64,000 nt of DNA from Octopus bimaculoides. Its lineage: Eukaryota. The stretch covers positions 93,058,102 to 93,122,101 of the forward strand of contig NC_068985.1 of assembly GCF_001194135.2 (NCBI RefSeq). Direction: 5' to 3'. Numbering within the stretch: the first letter of the stretch is position 1; each line of letters begins with the position of its first letter. Positions 60,079 to 64,000 of this stretch are shown here, in pieces. Under the pieces are notes generated by a model. That model saw nothing but the letters and a program-made list of their open reading frames with translations. It made no database searches and was not told the origin of the DNA. The translations under genes were made by a program, and so were the position numbers.

Positions 60079-62040
60079 TGTTAATCAGTTTCATGATTTT
60101 GTGATTTAACTTTGTGTCATATGTTTCCATCGTTATTTGCATTCAGATGTGATAGGTTATTCTAATACATTGTTATTGATAATTTAATCCGCGATTTGCA
60201 ACAGAAACTCGGAAAATCTTCACAGTTTTGTCAGTTTACCTGTTATTACCTGATTTGGCTTTTTTTAATAAGCTGAATGCTGTGTTATTTTTGTAGTTTT
60301 TTTGTTCTACCTAGACCAGAATAATTGTGCTTTGGGGGGGGTTATATATAATGAACAGTTATAACCTAATCATCAGAGAGCTAAACCATTAGTGAATTGA
60401 ATTATTCCCTACTAGTTTAAGATACATAGTATTATTCTTTGATAGTATATAAATACAATAATGAATTTTATATATATATATATATATTCGGAGAATTTTA
60501 TTGCTATTATATATACAAGGATATTTATTTCTAAAGTAATTTTCTCTTGAAGTATTTAGTGAGTTAGCTTTCACATTCCCTGCCCCAAGCGGCAGTCCAG
60601 GAGTCAAGTAAGCCCTTGCTATGCTTCTGTTTTTGTTGTGGTGGTTCTTGTTTTTGTTGTTGCTGCAACTATAGAGTTTAATCTAGACCCTGCCCCCTAG
60701 TACTTACTAATAACTGGATTGGTGTCCAAAAATATTTTTTGACTAAGTTATTTTTTTTTAAGTGAGACCTATCACAAGTTAGTTTAATGAAATTATTGCT
60801 TCAGTGATTCCTTACACCTCACAAAAAAGGGGGTCAGAATTCATGAAGAAATCACTCTTATTTAGCTGCAGCAACAACAATCAGTTCTCCTAAGATTCCC
60901 TGATGCTTATTTTGTGTGTACCTGTATCTGTGTGTGTAAATATGTGTTTCTCCACCTTTTTTTTTTTTTTACCCATCCTATTTATTACATTCTGGCTGCA
61001 ATTAAGATATTTCAGTTGATACTTAATGTAAATTTGAAATTGTTTTTTTGAAATTCAATTAAAATTTGATATGAGCCATTTTAAAGCTTTCGTTATCTGC
61101 AGCCAGTTGTATAAACTATATACATGGTTAGGTTCATTCTCCTCCTATTACTGTTTTGCTTAATTAATACTTGGGTGCTGTTATTTGTTTTTAATTTAAA
61201 TTGCTATTGGAAGTAGCTTTTTTGTTTTCTTTTTGTTCCCCATTTTATTTAATATGGTTTTCTTTGTTTGTTCTGCTTACCTTATAGTAATTCTCTCATC
61301 TTTGCAGATCTGTGATTCCGTAATCTGTTGTCATTTTTTTGTTTAATCCCAACTTCCCTTCCCCAACCCCTTCACTTTATGTTCTTAAACTGTTGTTAAA
61401 TAATTGTTTTCTTCAATTCTCTCTCTCTCTCTCTCTCTCACTTTAAATAATGCCAAACTATTGTTTATATTAGCTTGCTTCCAGCTTTCCCATTGTTCCC
61501 TTGTTAACAAATTCTTGTCAGCTGATCACAATTAATTTACATGTGCATTCATGCTTCTTTATTCTTCAATTCGTTATGTTGTTTTCTCATTAATGATAGT
61601 GAGAGCTATTATCATATGGTAAAAGTGACTATATTTTTACTGTAGTTTCCATTAACAAGTGAAACTATGAAAAAATATATGACCTTATATGCATACAATC
61701 ATGCATATGTATTATAAATACATTGCACACACATATGTATATATATATATATATATAATTATATATATATAAATCTTCATTGAAGCCATGTGTCATTTCA
61801 TGTTTCTGCATGTGATTACTTCTTTAGATTCACATTCAATATATAAGATAAAAACCAAGCATGCCAGCAAAAAGTCCATACACATCCTGTTAGCTGAACA
61901 AGGCCCCAGATTGTTGACCCTTAGCAAACAGTGCCTTTCAGCAAAAAAAATAAATAAATGAAAACCTGACTACAAAGGAAAAACTTCCAGATTACAATAA
62001 AAGTAATCCATAAAATAATTTAAAAATAAATATAAAACTA

Positions 62041-62414
62041 GGCATAGGAGTGGCTGTGTGGTAAGTAGCTTGCTTACCAACTATATGGTTTTGGGTTTAG
62101 TCCCACTGCGTGACACCTTGGGCAAGTGTCCTCTACTATAGCCTCGGGCCGACCAAAGCCTTGTGAGTGGATTTGGTAGATGGAAACTGAAAGAAGCCCG
62201 TTGTATATATATGTATATTTGTGTGTCAGTGTTTGTCCCCCCAACATCGCTTGACAACCGATGCTGGTGTGTTTACATCCCCTTTAAATTAGCGACCGAT
62301 AAAATAAGTACTAGGCTTACAAAGAATAAGTCCTGGGGTAGATTTGCTCAACTAAAGGTGGTGCTCCAGCATGGCCACAGTCAAATAACTGAAACAAGTA
62401 AAACAGTGAAGAGT
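62041..62414 (+). mobile_element. Full-length SINE family 1
   Basis: Colinear with 30070-30460. Confidence 0.85.
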
Positions 62415-62479
62415 ATATGAAATAACAATAAATTAATATGAAGTGGGAGGTTGTTAGATAACACAGTGTATTCCAAGTC

Positions 62480-63625
62480 AACATTGCCAAGTACAGATTG
62501 TATAACAAATATATATAAAGAAAACTTACCCAAATCCATACATTTACAGTTGGGGAATTGTTTTGAATGCCTCAATCACCTAAGCCGTATTTAACCCTTA
62601 ACAATCATGAAAATGACTTCACAACAAACTTCAAATAGAGACTTATTATCCCTGAAAAATAAATGGGTATAGTTTGCAAAAAAACAAAAGTATAATAAAA
62701 ATATTAATATTTCTAAGTCTCTCTAAAAGAGACTACGGCAGCGGTACTGGATATTAATAGTTATCACCAAGAGAAAATGGCAGTCCAAAAAATAGTGTCG
62801 CATAGCTAGCTAGAGGTGATGGCCCCTTGGAGCTAATCAATGGCACCATTCATCCTATTTTTTTGAACTGCCATGTTGGCTTGGCGATAACTATTAAAAG
62901 TATAATAATTATGCTACTTTTCAATCTTAAAATGATGAGATTGCAATTGTGGCACTACCAAGTAGTTTTAAAGACAAAAATCAACTGGAGATTCACTCAG
63001 TTCAATACTGTAGAGTTCTAGAAGAATTCTTCTGCAAGTGGTAGATTTTGGTAAAATGTGCACCACTATTACTTACAATAATGAATGCCAGGAAAATATT
63101 GTTATGTTACAATAATTTAACCATCTAGGTTAAAAAAAAAAAACCCATATGGAATCAATTTTTTCAAAGTATTTATGGGTAGCAGTGATGGTTCGAAAAT
63201 GTTGACTTTTGTTGAGCTTTTTATATACTTACATTGAAAAAGAGAGTAAAAGACATAAAAAACAGGGTTTGAATATGACAGCAAACTTGCTATAAATGGA
63301 CGTGATGGAGATAGATTTAGGAAAAACATTACATTCTGACAGTTTGGTCAAAAAATTACAGCAAACATTAACCTGAAAACTGTAAGTTTCCTAGATATGA
63401 CAATAAACATAATCACAATATATATGGCTCTTACAATAAACTGACTGATGAAGATACATGCATAAATATTCTAACTACCCTCCTACAATTGTTACACAAA
63501 GCAAAGACAATATCAGTGAACACATTTTCTACCCATCATCAGTCAAGGATATATTCAATAACTCTACTCTCTATCATAATCGAATGTTAAGGAGTCATTT
63601 AAATGGCAAGATAAAATAGAGAAAA
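62480..63625 (+). mobile_element. Decayed Penelope-like element (PLE) reverse-transcriptase region
   Basis: Frame-shifted peptides appear in the correct PLE order. PYLTLNNHENDF..K*RLIIPEK*MGIVCKK resembles FITLKDHKENF..CRLINPAKSE+G. WRFTQFNTVEF resembles FIQFDIVEFYP, and IMNARKILL resembles IMHARKSLL. MGSSDGS resembles MGSYDGAE, and ITANINLKTVSFLDMTIN is recognisable. SNYPPTI..DIFNNSTLYHN resembles SNHPPSI..EIFNNS.PYYN. Motifs were compared from memory. Confidence 0.8.
62754..62897. mobile_element. Small inverted-repeat element (MITE-like) nested in the PLE relic
   Basis: About 43-bp imperfect TIRs: ttaatagttatcaccaagagaaaatggcagtccaaaaaatag versus the reverse complement of cctatttttttgaactgccatgttggcttggcgataactattaa. 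Both ends terminate in TTAA. Confidence 0.75.
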
Positions 63626-63687
63626 TCACCACAATAAATTAAATACTCTGCAAAATGATACGGTTTAATCTGCCAAACACTATAAAT

Positions 63688-63896
63688 ATCTTTTACTTGT
63701 TTCAGTCATTTGACTGTGGCCATGCTGGAGCACCGCCTTTAGTTGGGCAAATCGACCCCAGGACTTATTCTATTGGTCTCTTTTGCCGAACCGCTAAGTT
63801 ACGGGGACGTAAACACACCAGCATCGATTGTCAAGCCGATGTTGGGGGGACAAACACAAACACACACACACGTATATATATATATATATATATATA
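63688..63896 (-). mobile_element. SINE family 1, 3' half
   Basis: Reverse complement of the 30240-30450 segment. A similar fragment lies at 3133-3228. Confidence 0.8.
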
Positions 63897-64000
63897 GTTT
63901 TAGGGAAAATAACCAATTTTCAAGAACTCATCGATGAAAATCCACTATCACATATAGAAAAATTAATAATTAAAAGCACAATAAATGAGTATAATATAAA

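Noticed and set aside
2303-61000. Numerous 60-110 aa Phe/Leu/Ile-rich ORFs with GTG/TTG starts
   Set aside because: Compositional by-products of AT-rich intron and microsatellite DNA under bacterial-style ORF calling.

Overview
AT-rich animal genomic DNA, not prokaryotic. It has spliceosomal introns, abundant microsatellites and one 405-N assembly gap. The repeat content looks like Octopus/cephalopod, which is an inference from pattern recognition and not a database hit. The window holds the 3' half of one + strand gene for a nephrin/Sns/SYG-2-like Ig-FN3 single-pass adhesion receptor. Seven exons with consistent splice phases were traced by hand: 5619-5799 (Ig), 6536-6721 (FN3), 13956-14117 (transmembrane), and 44922-45082, 46951-47119, 50010-50146 and 57042-57260 (Tyr/Pro-rich cytoplasmic tail). 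The introns contain several tRNA-derived SINE families, decayed RTE and CR1/Jockey-group LINE fragments, MITEs and a decayed Penelope-like (PLE) reverse transcriptase. The standout observation is at 46.5-49.8 kb. Three independent insertions of a tRNA-headed SINE carry a 3' half that folds as a minimal PLE-type hammerhead ribozyme: CUGAUGA, GGCUG/CAGCC stem II, GAAAC-GUU and a palindromic AACGUU. Each insertion is an inverted, tail-out dimer bounded by its own 10-15 bp target-site duplication. This suggests a Pol III/hammerhead non-autonomous element mobilised by PLE machinery. Also notable: the FN3 F/G-strand exon is not visible, there are candidate cassette/micro-exons, and the C-terminus is ambiguous. 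All coordinates were counted by eye, and repeat boundaries are approximate (about +/-10-20 nt).
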